Made by a program: the position numbers and the translations under genes. Shown here one piece after another: positions 28,491 through 38,898 of a DNA stretch of 64,000 bases; position 1 is the stretch's first letter; every line of letters begins with the position of its first letter. Source of the DNA: Candidatus Cloacimonadota bacterium (GTDB taxonomy: Bacteria > Cloacimonadota > Cloacimonadia > G963667145); NCBI GenBank assembly GCA_963676615.1, contig OY781092.1, positions 416,001-480,000 on the forward strand. Reading direction: 5' to 3'. The notes beneath the pieces were generated by a model that was not told the origin of the DNA, searched no databases, and saw only the letters and a program-made list of their open reading frames with translations.

Positions 28491-31124
28491 ATGCAGAAAG
28501 CTTATAGTCCCAAAGATATTGAGAAAAAGTGGTATCAGATTTGGCAGCAGAGAGGTTATTTTTCGCCGAAAATTGACGACAATAGGCCGCCGTTTACGGT
28601 GCTGATTCCGCCGCCGAATGTGACGGGCGTGTTGCATATGGGACACGCGCTGAATAACACTTTGCAAGATATTTTGGTGCGATATAAGCGGATGAAAGGT
28701 TTTAACGCTTTGTGGGTGCCGGGCACAGATCATGCAGGTATCGCCACGCAAAATATGGTGGAAAAAGATTTGGCGAAAGAGGGCAAAACGCGTTTTGATT
28801 TGGGCAGAGAGAAGCTGATTGAGCGGATTTGGCAGTGGAAGGAGGACAAGGGCGGCACGATTTTGGAGCAGTTGAAGCAGTTGGGTTGCTCTTGCGATTG
28901 GTCTCGGCTTCGATTTACGATGGACGAAGGGCTTTCGCAGGCGGTCAAAGAGGTGTTTGTGCGTCTTTACGAGAAGGGTCTGATTTACAAGGGCAAGCGG
29001 ATTATCAACTGGTGTCCTCGCTGCACGACTGCGCTTGCCAACGACGAGGTTGAGCATAAGCAGGAAGCGGGCAAGCTCTACGAAATTCGGTATCCGCTGG
29101 CAGACGGAAGCGGGTTTGTGATTATCGCCACGACAAGACCAGAGACGATGATGGCGGACACTGCCGTTGCGGTGAATCCCAAGGACGAGCGCTACAAAAA
29201 TTTAGTGGGGAAGCAAGTGGTTTTGCCGATTGTGCATCGCCAAATTCCTGTGATTGCCGACGATTATGTGGATACAGAGTTTGGAACGGGTTGCCTGAAG
29301 ATCACGCCAGCGCACGATCCGAACGATTTTGAGATTGGTCAGCGGCACGATTTGCAGGTGATCAGCATTATCGACGAACACGGAAAAATGAACGAAGCCG
29401 CTGGTGCAGATTTTGTGGGATTGAGCCGCGAAGACGCTCGCCAAAAGGTGATTGAGATGCTGGAAAAAGAGGGCGTTTTGGGCGAAATTCGGGACTATCA
29501 ACACACGGTGGGCAAGTGCTACCGCTGCGATACGACGATCGAACCGTATTTGTCGGATCAGTGGTTTGTGGATATGAAGCCTTTGGCGGCGCCGGCTATC
29601 GAAAAGGTGAAGAGCGGCGAGATTGAGTTTCAGCCAGCCAGATGGAAAAAAGTTTATCTGCATTGGATGGAAAATGTGCGTGACTGGTGCATTTCGCGGC
29701 AGATTTGGTGGGGGCACAGGATTCCAGCTTACTATTGCGAAAATTGCGACAAAATTGTGGTGGCAAAATCGACTCCGACTCGTTGTCCAGATTGCGGTTG
29801 CGAAAATTTTCGTCAAGATGAGGATGTCTTGGACACTTGGTTTTCTTCGGCTTTGTGGCCTTTTTCGACTTTGGGCTGGCCAGAAGAGACCGACGATTTG
29901 CGCTATTTTTTGCCGACAAATGTTTTGATAACAGCGCCTGAGATTATCTATTTGTGGGTCGCGCGGATGATAATGACCACGCTGGAATTTAAGGATACGA
30001 TTCCGTTTGACACGGTGCTTTTGCACGGAATTGTGCGTGACGAGCAGGGCAGAAAGATGAGCAAGTCGCTGGGAAATTCGCCGAATCCGCTGGACTTAAT
30101 CGAGCAAGTGGGAGCCGACGCTTTGCGTTTTGCGATAATTTATCACACGCCAAAAGGCGAGGACAGCTACTATTCTGACAAAATTTTGGAGACTGGGCGC
30201 AACTTTACCAACAAGCTCTGGAACGCCACTCGCTACATTTTGCAAGATATAAATTCGGCGCCAGATGGGCAAAATTTACTGCTTGAGCTGGCGGACAAAT
30301 GGATTTATGCGCGGTTTGCGCAGGTGACAAAGCAGGTCGAGGAAAATTACGAGAAGTTGCGGTTCAACGATGTCGCCGCAGGGCTAATCGATTTTATCTG
30401 GAAGGAGTTTTGCTCGTGGTATTTGGAGCTTTCCAAAGAGCGGATGTATGGCGATGACCGCAGGCGCAAGAACACGGCGCAGTTCGTGCTTTTGGATATT
30501 ATGCAAAAATCGATGCGGCTGCTTCATCCGATTATGCCGTTTATTACCGAAGAAATTTTTGCTAAAATCAAAGAGTTTTTCCCAAATCTTGACGATGCGA
30601 TAGCCATTGCCGAATTTCCGAAGCGGGATGAGTCGCTGATTGATGAGGGGATAATCGCTGATATGGCGCTGATTCAGGAGACGATAACCACGATTCGTAA
30701 TCTCAAAAAGCAGGTTGGGCTCTCGCCAGCCAAGCAGACGAAGATTTTGCTGAAAGTTCCGCAAGAGAAGCAGATTAAGCTGTTTGCCGATTATAGCCAA
30801 TATGTTGTCGCGCTTGCCAATTGCCAGTCGCCAGAGGTCGCCGTAAATCTAGAAAAACCAGCGCAGTCGATAGCGGGAGTTGTTGAGGATGTGGAGATTT
30901 TTATGCCGCTTAGCGGGATGGTCGATTTGGATGCCGAGCGTAGTAAGCTGGAGAAGCAGCTGCAAAAGTTGGATAAGGAGTTCAAGGTGATTTGTGGCAA
31001 ATTGATGAACGAAAAGTTCACCAGCTCTGCGCCAGCGGCGATTGTGGAAAAGGAAAAGGGCAAATACGACGAGGTGAAGGGCAAGATGGATAAGGTCAGA
31101 GAGTTGCTCAGGGGGCTAGAATAA
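28491..31124 (+). CDS. valS: valine--tRNA ligase
   Basis: PPPNVTG.LHMGH, DWCISRQIWWGH, KMSKS and C-terminal coiled coil. Confidence 0.98.
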   Translation: MQKAYSPKDIEKKWYQIWQQRGYFSPKIDDNRPPFTVLIPPPNVTGVLHMGHALNNTLQDILVRYKRMKGFNALWVPGTDHAGIATQNMVEKDLAKEGKTRFDLGREKLIERIWQWKEDKGGTILEQLKQLGCSCDWSRLRFTMDEGLSQAVKEVFVRLYEKGLIYKGKRIINWCPRCTTALANDEVEHKQEAGKLYEIRYPLADGSGFVIIATTRPETMMADTAVAVNPKDERYKNLVGKQVVLPIVHRQIPVIADDYVDTEFGTGCLKITPAHDPNDFEIGQRHDLQVISIIDEHGKMNEAAGADFVGLSREDARQKVIEMLEKEGVLGEIRDYQHTVGKCYRCDTTIEPYLSDQWFVDMKPLAAPAIEKVKSGEIEFQPARWKKVYLHWMENVRDWCISRQIWWGHRIPAYYCENCDKIVVAKSTPTRCPDCGCENFRQDEDVLDTWFSSALWPFSTLGWPEETDDLRYFLPTNVLITAPEIIYLWVARMIMTTLEFKDTIPFDTVLLHGIVRDEQGRKMSKSLGNSPNPLDLIEQVGADALRFAIIYHTPKGEDSYYSDKILETGRNFTNKLWNATRYILQDINSAPDGQNLLLELADKWIYARFAQVTKQVEENYEKLRFNDVAAGLIDFIWKEFCSWYLELSKERMYGDDRRRKNTAQFVLLDIMQKSMRLLHPIMPFITEEIFAKIKEFFPNLDDAIAIAEFPKRDESLIDEGIIADMALIQETITTIRNLKKQVGLSPAKQTKILLKVPQEKQIKLFADYSQYVVALANCQSPEVAVNLEKPAQSIAGVVEDVEIFMPLSGMVDLDAERSKLEKQLQKLDKEFKVICGKLMNEKFTSSAPAAIVEKEKGKYDEVKGKMDKVRELLRGLE

Positions 31125-31942
31125 TGAGTTTGTTCTCTAGAAGAAGAATTTATCAAGTGATTGAGAAAGCTCGTGCAGGCGATGTCGCAAGCAAAGTTTT
31201 TGATGTTTTCATTATTAGCCTTATAATGTTGAATATAATTTTGGTGATTTTGGAGTCTTTTGAAGATTTGGCTGTGAAATATGAAGAGATTTTTAGAGCG
31301 TTTGAAGGGCTTTCTGTCGCGATTTTCACTGTGGAGATTTTGCTGAGAATTTATACTTGCGATTTGAAATTTCATATGAGAAATAAATTTCACTCGTTTT
31401 TTACCTACATTATTTCTCCTTTGGCTATAATAGATTTTTTGGCGGTTCTGCCGTTTTACTTGCCGCTTTTAATTCCTATAGATTTGAGGTTTTTGCGTAT
31501 TCTTCGACTTACCAGGATTTTGAGGGTGTTAAAATTCAATCGATATAGCTCTTCTTTGGAAATCATTGGGAAAATAATCAAAAAAAGGCGAAGCGATTTG
31601 CTTGTGACGATGTTCATTACATTTCTTCTGCTACTGTTAGCTAGTTCGATAATGTATTACATCGAAAATGACACTCAACCAGAATCTTTTCCTAATATAA
31701 TTGCCTCGTTTTGGTGGGCTATTGCCACTTTGACCACTGTGGGGTATGGCGATGTGTATCCCGTAACTGCTTTGGGAAAAATTGTCAGCGGGATTATTGC
31801 GCTATTGGGAGTTGGTTTGGTAGCGTTGCCCACGGGCATTATCAGCTCTGCCTTTGTGGAAATATTGAAGAGAAAAAAGCTCCTGAGAAAGCTAAATACT
31901 GCAAGTTTTGTGGAAAAAATTTGCGGGATTAAGGGCGACTAA
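31124..31942 (+). CDS. voltage-gated K+ channel / ion transporter
   Basis: S4 RFLRILRLTRILRVLK and filter TTVGYGD. Confidence 0.93.
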   Translation: MSLFSRRRIYQVIEKARAGDVASKVFDVFIISLIMLNIILVILESFEDLAVKYEEIFRAFEGLSVAIFTVEILLRIYTCDLKFHMRNKFHSFFTYIISPLAIIDFLAVLPFYLPLLIPIDLRFLRILRLTRILRVLKFNRYSSSLEIIGKIIKKRRSDLLVTMFITFLLLLLASSIMYYIENDTQPESFPNIIASFWWAIATLTTVGYGDVYPVTALGKIVSGIIALLGVGLVALPTGIISSAFVEILKRKKLLRKLNTASFVEKICGIKGD

Positions 31943-32056
31943 TTTGAAGATAAAAATAGCACAAAGTCCCACGAAGTTTTACCACAAAGTGTCTCAAAGT
32001 TTTTTTATAAGAATTTATGAAAGATGACATTGTGCGACTTAGTGAAATAAAAAGAT

Positions 32057-32800
32057 ATGAAAATTATTGTTTTTTTCGTTTATATTTTTGTTTACATTCT
32101 CAATTCAATTTGGGGGTATGTTTGCTTTTGGAATATTCGTCGCCGGCGACTTTTTTTTATGCGGACGACTTCCAAATGGGCGAAGCGGGCTTTGCGATTG
32201 ATGCATTTTGAAGTGGAGACAGAAGGAGTGAAAAACTTGCCGAAAAAAGAAGGTGCTCTGTTTGTCTGCAACCACTTATCATATTTGGATATTGTAATTC
32301 TTGCCTCGCTAAAACCTAGTTTGTTCATCACTTCGGTAGATTTAAAAAAGCATATTTTTCAAAGCATTTTGGCGACAATGGGCGGCAGTCTTTTTATCGA
32401 GCGGCGCAATAAATCCAGGCTCCTGTTCGACATTCAAGCCACACGAGAGGTGCTGGAGAGCGACTTGCCGATTTGCCTTTTTCCCGAAGGCACAACCTCC
32501 AACGGCGTAAGCGTCGGCAAATTCAAAGCGTCGATGTTCGCATCTGCCGAAAACAGCCAAGTGGTGCCAGTTTGCATTAAATATTTGGAATACAACGGCG
32601 AAAAGGTGAGCGACGCCAACCGTGACAATCTTTACTACTACGGCAAAATTCGGTTCATCAACCATTTCAAAGGCTTAGTCAAAATCAAAAAAGCGAAAGT
32701 TCGTGTGACTTTTTTGCCAGCTGTATCAGGCAGTTTGGGACGCAAAGAGGTTTGTAAAATTTGCAAAGAGAAAATTTTGGCGAGTTATTCCAAGAATTAA
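32057..32800 (+). CDS. 1-acyl-sn-glycerol-3-phosphate acyltransferase family
   Basis: NHLSYLD, FIER and FPEGT motifs. Confidence 0.9.
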   Translation: MKIIVFFVYIFVYILNSIWGYVCFWNIRRRRLFFMRTTSKWAKRALRLMHFEVETEGVKNLPKKEGALFVCNHLSYLDIVILASLKPSLFITSVDLKKHIFQSILATMGGSLFIERRNKSRLLFDIQATREVLESDLPICLFPEGTTSNGVSVGKFKASMFASAENSQVVPVCIKYLEYNGEKVSDANRDNLYYYGKIRFINHFKGLVKIKKAKVRVTFLPAVSGSLGRKEVCKICKEKILASYSKN

Positions 32801-33147
32801 AAGAAATTTTTCAAGTGCTGAACGGCGTATTTTCCTGCAATTTTGCTATTGGAAACGGCAATGAGGTCGAATCGCAGCTGAAAATTTTCAAACTGCGAAT
32901 TTTGCTCCAAAAATTTTTGGGCGGCAAGATTTATTTTTTCGGCTTTTTTTTGGTCAACGCTGAGGATTGCGGTATCTAGATTTTGCCAGCGATAGCGAAC
33001 TTCGACAAAGCACAGCCAAGCCTTGTCCAAAGCGACAAGATCGATTTCGCCTTGGGGACAAAAAAAGTTCTGGGCAACGATTTTGCAGCCTTTGTTTTCC
33101 AGAAAATCTCTTGCTATCTTTTCGTATTTTACGCCTTTGTCGTTCAT
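32797..33147 (-). CDS. yraN: YraN family (UPF0102) protein
   Basis: G..YE..A, GEIDLV, FVEVR and RFDLI motifs. Confidence 0.88.
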   Translation of the reverse strand: MNDKGVKYEKIARDFLENKGCKIVAQNFFCPQGEIDLVALDKAWLCFVEVRYRWQNLDTAILSVDQKKAEKINLAAQKFLEQNSQFENFQLRFDLIAVSNSKIAGKYAVQHLKNFF

Positions 33148-33202
33148 ATAGCGTAGCAGTCCCGAGCGTCGGGCAAAAGTCAAGCGGTTTGTAATCAAAA
33201 AT

Positions 33203-35491
33203 ATGGGGAAAATGAGACAAAATTGGAGTCAAGCTCTAGGATTTGGGCGACTAAAGCAGCTTATAAAGGCGAAAATTCACAGCTCCTTGGGGCAAAATCT
33301 GCTGGAAAATCTTGTTCCTTTGGGCGAAAAAGAAAAAATTTTGGCGAAGCAAGAGCTGATTTGTCAATGTTTGGACTATATTCTCAAAATTCAAAGAGTT
33401 CGTTTTGACGGCTTGACTGATTTGGGAAAAATTTTGCAAAAGCCTGATATTTTAGATTTTGAACAGCTGAAAAAAGTGCAAAAAAATTGCGTTTTGAGTG
33501 GCGATTTTTGTGCGAATTGGGTGAATTTGGACGAGCTGGAAAAAGAAGATTTGCAGTTGCTGGGCAAGAAGATAGAGGATTTGCAGCCGCTTCAGGAGCT
33601 GCGGAGACGGTTTGACAAGATTTTTGACGATAATGGCAAAGTGCGCGAGAGTGCCAGCGCAAAGCTGGGGCAAATTTGCAGCAGGTTGCGGTCGCTGGAT
33701 TTGCAGATAAACAGCCTTTTGGAGAAGCGATATTTGAGCTCACAGCAAGATTTTGTCGCTTATCAAGATGGCAGAGTGATGCTCTTGACTTCCGCTGGGC
33801 GCACGCTGTCGGGGGTTGTGCACGGACGCAGTGCCAGCAGGTCGTCGATGTATATCGAGCCGCAGGAGGTTGTCGCGCAAAATAATCAGCTTTGCGATTT
33901 GCGAGACCAAAAATTGCGGGAGATTAACAAAATTTTGAAAGATTTTAGCGTGGAAGTTTTTTCGCATTCTGAGGCTCTTTTGCGAAATCAAAAAATCTTG
34001 GCGAAGTTGGACTACTATTTTGGTTTGGCGGAGTTCAGCAAGGAGCTTGGTGCGGGCAAAGTAGCGGTTTTGCAGGAGTCGAAGCTGGATTTTAGGGGCG
34101 CTTATCACCCGCTGCTCAAGTTGGATGCCGAGCGGGAGTGCGTGCCGTTTTCTGCTAAATTGGGCGACGATTACAGCTATTTAGTGGTTTCTGGTGCGAA
34201 CGCAGGCGGCAAAAGCGTTTTCCTCAAAGGCGTTGGGCTACTCACGCTGATGGCAAATTGCGGCTTGCTCATCCCCGCAGATCCGCAGAGTCAGGTGGGA
34301 ATTTTCGACAAATATTTTGTGGGCATCGGCGATATGCAGTCGCTGGATAGCCAGCTTTCGTCGTTTTCGGGATATTTGGCGAACCTGAAAAAAGCGCTCG
34401 ATTTCAGCGGCGAAAAATCGCTGGTAATTTTCGACGAGCTTGGCTCTTATACCGACCCAGATCAAGGCTTTGCGCTGGGGGCTGCCGCTTTGGAGACGCT
34501 TTGTGCAAACGGCAGCGTTGGCGTGATCTCCACGCATCTGAACAAGCTCAAACTTTTTGCGCATCACAATAATAATTGTCAGAACGCTTCGATGAGCTTC
34601 GATGCGAAAATGCACAATCCGACCTATCACCTGCAGGTCGGTTTTCCTGCCGATAGTCACGCCCTGGAATTAGCGGCGAATTTGCGATTTAGTGCCTTTA
34701 TTTTGGAAAGAGCAAAGCAAATGCTGGACGCCGACTCGCTTTTATTTTCGCAGCTTTTGTCCGATTTGGGTAAAGAGAAAAACGATTGGCAGAAAAAAAA
34801 TAGCGAGCTGAAAAATGAGCTTGCAGAGGCGGAAATCTGCCGAAAAAGATTTTTGCAAAAATTGGAAGCTTTAGAAAAAAATGAGAAAAAAATAAAAAAA
34901 GAGCAGCTGGCGAAAGCGAAAAAATATTTTGAAAATTTACAGGCGCAGTTTAGTTTGGAGCTGAAAAAGGCGAAAAAAGACCGCAATAGCCAAGCGCTTT
35001 TTTACAAGTCGGCAAAAATTGTCAAAGAGCTTGGTGAGCAAGAGTTTGAGCAGGTTCAGCCTCTAAAAAATGTGGAAGTTGGGCAGACGGTGTTTGTCAA
35101 AAGTTTCGACGAAAATGGTAAAGTCGTCGCCGCAGATGGTGCAAAGGCGAAGGTGGAAGTGGGCGGCTTGCTCGTTTCGTGCGAGCTGAAAAATCTGTAT
35201 CCAGCCAAAGGCAGACGGAAGCAGCAGCCTGTTTTGCGGCAAAAAGTTTTGCAGTCGGTGGCAGCGGCGAAAGAGTTGAAGCTAATGGGGAAAAATTTTT
35301 TGGAGGCCAAAGCGGAAATCGACAGATTTGTGGACGACGCTCTTTTGGCTGGGCTTGATTTGGTGCGGATAGTTCACGGCAAAGGCGTTTTGGCGGGTAA
35401 AGTACGAGACTATTTGCGTCAAAAAAAGCTGAAATATTCTGTGCCGCCAGAAAAATTTGGTGGCGACGGAGTTAGCGAAGTTAGGCTTTAG
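33203..35491 (+). CDS. mutS2: MutS2 family ATPase/endonuclease
   Basis: GANAGGKS Walker A, LSSFS, DELG..TDP, STH, coiled coil, KOW and Smr (IVHGKG, GGDG). Confidence 0.92.
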   Translation: MGKMRQNWSQALGFGRLKQLIKAKIHSSLGQNLLENLVPLGEKEKILAKQELICQCLDYILKIQRVRFDGLTDLGKILQKPDILDFEQLKKVQKNCVLSGDFCANWVNLDELEKEDLQLLGKKIEDLQPLQELRRRFDKIFDDNGKVRESASAKLGQICSRLRSLDLQINSLLEKRYLSSQQDFVAYQDGRVMLLTSAGRTLSGVVHGRSASRSSMYIEPQEVVAQNNQLCDLRDQKLREINKILKDFSVEVFSHSEALLRNQKILAKLDYYFGLAEFSKELGAGKVAVLQESKLDFRGAYHPLLKLDAERECVPFSAKLGDDYSYLVVSGANAGGKSVFLKGVGLLTLMANCGLLIPADPQSQVGIFDKYFVGIGDMQSLDSQLSSFSGYLANLKKALDFSGEKSLVIFDELGSYTDPDQGFALGAAALETLCANGSVGVISTHLNKLKLFAHHNNNCQNASMSFDAKMHNPTYHLQVGFPADSHALELAANLRFSAFILERAKQMLDADSLLFSQLLSDLGKEKNDWQKKNSELKNELAEAEICRKRFLQKLEALEKNEKKIKKEQLAKAKKYFENLQAQFSLELKKAKKDRNSQALFYKSAKIVKELGEQEFEQVQPLKNVEVGQTVFVKSFDENGKVVAADGAKAKVEVGGLLVSCELKNLYPAKGRRKQQPVLRQKVLQSVAAAKELKLMGKNFLEAKAEIDRFVDDALLAGLDLVRIVHGKGVLAGKVRDYLRQKKLKYSVPPEKFGGDGVSEVRL

Positions 35492-35706
35492 CTCTCAAAA
35501 TTTGTTACATTGTTCGATTGAGCAAAATTTTCAAGAATTTTTGCGTATTCCGCAAAACGATGTTCTCTAATGGGTCGGATTTTGGGCTCAGTGTGAAAGT
35601 GCAGAAGCAAGCAGGGCGAGATTTTTTTGTAAGCGTCAACGAACTCAAAATCTGCCAGCTCACCGTTTCTGATTCTTTGTTTTATTTTGTTGTGATATGG
35701 GTACAT
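35488..35706 (-). CDS. conserved small hypothetical protein
   Basis: 72 aa MYPYHNKIKQRIRNGEL...; AAGGA upstream; co-oriented downstream of pyk. Confidence 0.65.
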   Translation of the reverse strand: MYPYHNKIKQRIRNGELADFEFVDAYKKISPCLLLHFHTEPKIRPIREHRFAEYAKILENFAQSNNVTNFES

Positions 35707-35725
35707 TCCTTGCTCGCTGCGGCTC

Positions 35726-37135
35726 TCACGCTCCTATTTGCATTATTTTTATCTGATTTGTGCCCCCAAGCTCTTTGATTTTTCCAAACACAAAAATCGC
35801 CGTATCTCCTTTTTTGAGAAGTTTCTTGCGCAAAATCTCTTTTTCTCCACTTGCAATAACATGAGAGGTAGAAGCTCCCAGCTCGGTCATCACAGGCGTT
35901 ACGCCCCACAATAAGCTCATCTGATTATATGTTTTTTCGTTTGGCGTTAGCGCAATAATCGGGACACGAGGTCTTTGTTTGGTGATCATAGCCGCGGTGC
36001 TTCCCGACATGGTGAACACAATAATCGCTTTGATGTGAGCCTTTTGGGCGGCATCGATTGCCCCGTGCGCAATGGCACATTCAATCGAGTTATCGCCTAC
36101 AAATTTTTTCGTGTAATACTCTATTTCCCTAGAATTTTCTGCACTATGAATAACACGCCTCATGGCAGCCACTGTTTTTTTGGGATACTTTCCTACCGCT
36201 GTTTCGCCGCTGAGCATAACAGCGCTTGTTCCGTCAAAAATGGCGTTAGCGACATCCGTTACCTCCGCCCGTGTTGGCAGAGGCTGCGTAATCATCGATT
36301 CCAACATTTGCGTTGCTGTAATCACCACTTTATCAGCCGCAATGCTTTTGCGAATAATGCGTTTTTGCCAAATAGGAATATCTTCCAAGTTGCCTTCTAC
36401 GCCAAGATCGCCACGCGCAACCATCACTCCATCAACCTCTACCAAAATCTCTTTAAGCGCTCGGACAGCTTCTGGCTTCTCAATTTTTGCAATAACTTGT
36501 TGATTTCCTTTATATCGCGCAATATATTCCTTAAAAATTCGCACATCCTGCGCCGAACGAATGAAAGACAACGCAAAATAATCCACTCCCTGCTCAATAG
36601 CAAAACGAATATCGTTCTTATCTTTTTCGGTCATCGCTTGCGTGCGTTCCAGACCAACAATATTCACTCCTTGTCGCTCTTTGATAACTCCGCCACGAGC
36701 AACATCACACACCACATAATCGCTATGTGTTTCTTTTACCCGTAAACGCACAGCACCCTCGCTAAGAAGAATTATCATCCCAGAACGAACAACGGCTGGC
36801 AACTCCGCAAAATCAACAGGCAAAAGCTCTTGCGAGCCTTCAACTTTTTTTATTGTCAAACTAACAGTGGCGCCTCTTTTTAAGATAAGCATCCCATTTT
36901 TGAGCAGACCCAGCCGAATTTTTGGTCCCTGCAAATCTGCAATAATGCCAATCGCACATTTCTCTTTGTGCGCAAGCTCACGCACTTTTTTTATATTCTC
37001 GGCATGATACGACTGTGTTGCGTGGGAAAAATTCATCCGAAAGACATTAACGCCCGCAGACACTAAATTTTTTAGCATAGTTTTAGAATCGCTGGCAGGT
37101 CCAAGTGTAGCAACGATTTTTGTTCTCTGGATCAC
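35726..37135 (-). CDS. pyk: pyruvate kinase
   Basis: TKIVATLGP, RMNFSH, DLQGPKIR, MVARGDLG, ATQMLESM and MLSGETA; AGGAGG RBS. Confidence 0.97.
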   Translation of the reverse strand: MIQRTKIVATLGPASDSKTMLKNLVSAGVNVFRMNFSHATQSYHAENIKKVRELAHKEKCAIGIIADLQGPKIRLGLLKNGMLILKRGATVSLTIKKVEGSQELLPVDFAELPAVVRSGMIILLSEGAVRLRVKETHSDYVVCDVARGGVIKERQGVNIVGLERTQAMTEKDKNDIRFAIEQGVDYFALSFIRSAQDVRIFKEYIARYKGNQQVIAKIEKPEAVRALKEILVEVDGVMVARGDLGVEGNLEDIPIWQKRIIRKSIAADKVVITATQMLESMITQPLPTRAEVTDVANAIFDGTSAVMLSGETAVGKYPKKTVAAMRRVIHSAENSREIEYYTKKFVGDNSIECAIAHGAIDAAQKAHIKAIIVFTMSGSTAAMITKQRPRVPIIALTPNEKTYNQMSLLWGVTPVMTELGASTSHVIASGEKEILRKKLLKKGDTAIFVFGKIKELGGTNQIKIMQIGA

Positions 37136-37375
37136 AATGACGCCTCCTTAATTTTAGGTTTTATCGCTTATCTAATTTTGAAAAAATCTCTTTTTTTACA
37201 GCATAACTTTTTCACCCTCTAAAATTTATTTATGGATTTTAATTTTTTTGTCAAGGATGGAAAAAATTTTTTCTCCAAAAACTTCGAGAAAATACCCAAA
37301 AAGTAGAATAAATAAAAAATTTGGAGAAAAATTTGGCGAAGCTGAAGTCAGCGAAGTTAGGTTTCGGTGCTCTTC

Positions 37376-37957
37376 TTACAACTCTTTTCGCATTAAATAG
37401 GCGCTTTGAAAATTCCACTTGAAAATTGCGTTAAATGGGAAAGTGGTCGATTTTTTTACGACTCGAAAACCTAATTTTTCGTAGAGAGCTTTTGCTTTTG
37501 GATTTGTGTTGATTACTTGTAACGACGCAAACTTAAATCCTTGCGTTTTGGCGTAGCCAAGGCTGGCGTTTATCAGTTTTGTTCCCGCGCCTTTTCCGCG
37601 GGCGGCTTCTGCCACAGCGATGGCGTCGATATAAAATTCGCCGCTTTTACATCGATAATTGAGCAGCGAAAGCGCCAGAGCTTTAGCTATTCCAGGCAAA
37701 AACCCGAAAATTTTGCACATATTTTTTAGCGAAATTGCCAAAAAACTTTTTCGCTTGGTTTGAAAAGCTAAAAATCCGAGCAGCTTGTTTTGTTCAAGAG
37801 CCAAAAAGCAGTTTTTGCGGTTGTAAGAGGCGTTTAGCAGGGCAACTGCTTTGCTTTTTTGACCAAGTATTGGAAGAAATTTTTCGCCCAAAGCGCTTAT
37901 AAATAGCGCAGAAACGGCGGTTTTGTGCTCGCTGGTCAGCTTTTGTTTGATTTCCAT
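37376..37957 (-). CDS. GNAT family N-acetyltransferase
   Basis: IAV...RGKGAGT motif A and N..AKALYEKLGF. Confidence 0.88.
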   Translation of the reverse strand: MEIKQKLTSEHKTAVSALFISALGEKFLPILGQKSKAVALLNASYNRKNCFLALEQNKLLGFLAFQTKRKSFLAISLKNMCKIFGFLPGIAKALALSLLNYRCKSGEFYIDAIAVAEAARGKGAGTKLINASLGYAKTQGFKFASLQVINTNPKAKALYEKLGFRVVKKSTTFPFNAIFKWNFQSAYLMRKEL

Positions 37958-38898
37958 AAATCGCCTTCGGAATTTGATATTTTTTTGCCTTTGTCCAAAA
38001 ACTTTTTGAATAGAGGCAGTGAGAAGCTCCACGGCACTTCCGATAGGAGCAGCACCAGTTGCACTTCGGGCGAGAAAAATTTGCTGGCGGCGATGATGAC
38101 GATGCCGTTGTTCATACAGCCAAACATCAGACAGTTGGTGAGTTTTTCGCGTTTTTCTTTTGCGGGAATCAGATAGCCGACCAAAAAGCAGAACAAAAAG
38201 AGCAAAATCATCATTCCAAGCGAGGCGAAAGTTTGCAATTTGGTGAAATTTTCCAGTAGGAAATTGCGGTTGCTAGCCACGATAATTGCCACGAAAAGTG
38301 CGATGCACAGACTGCCGATTGCGCCAGAATTTTCGGCGGTTTTTTTGGCTAATGTGGAGGAGATTTTTTTGAGAGCGAACGCAAAAATTGAGGGCAAGAT
38401 GATCATTTTTGCCAAAAATATGCTGATGCTCAAAATGGGGATTTCGACTTTTGAGCCGAAGAGGATTTGGATGACATAGGGGAAAGTCAGCGGCAGCAGC
38501 GTGGATGTGAGGATGACATAGATGCTCGTCCACAAAACGCGCAAGTTCCACATCCCGGCAATCAGCGGCGACATCATTGCCCCGGGAGCGGCGGCGATCA
38601 TTGTAAGTCCAAGCGCCATCGGCAGCGGCAACCAAAAAACGAGCAAAAAAACGAACAGCGGTAAGACGGTTACCGAAATCACGCTCAGCGCAACGATTTT
38701 TTTGGCGTTAGCTTTCAGGTGCGAAAATTCGCCGAATTCGATTTTTAGATAACCCAAAAAAAGCGCTCCCATCAGCAAAATGTCGGCTTGATTTTTGAGC
38801 GGCGAAAGAAGCGACGGCCGCAGCAAAGCGACGATAACCAGCACCAAAAAAACTGTGCTGAAGTTGTTTTGGATGTAATCGCTGATTTTTTTGATCAT
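37936..38898 (-). CDS. bile acid:sodium symporter / ACR3-like membrane transporter
   Basis: About 10 TM segments, AAAPGA motif in mid-TM, CMNNG motif. Confidence 0.7.
   Translation of the reverse strand: MIKKISDYIQNNFSTVFLVLVIVALLRPSLLSPLKNQADILLMGALFLGYLKIEFGEFSHLKANAKKIVALSVISVTVLPLFVFLLVFWLPLPMALGLTMIAAAPGAMMSPLIAGMWNLRVLWTSIYVILTSTLLPLTFPYVIQILFGSKVEIPILSISIFLAKMIILPSIFAFALKKISSTLAKKTAENSGAIGSLCIALFVAIIVASNRNFLLENFTKLQTFASLGMMILLFLFCFLVGYLIPAKEKREKLTNCLMFGCMNNGIVIIAASKFFSPEVQLVLLLSEVPWSFSLPLFKKFLDKGKKISNSEGDLWKSNKS

Noticed and set aside
22962..30026. Long antisense ORFs opposite feoB, DUF2723 and valS
   Set aside because: They fully overlap well-supported genes and have no recognisable motifs; typical codon-bias shadows.
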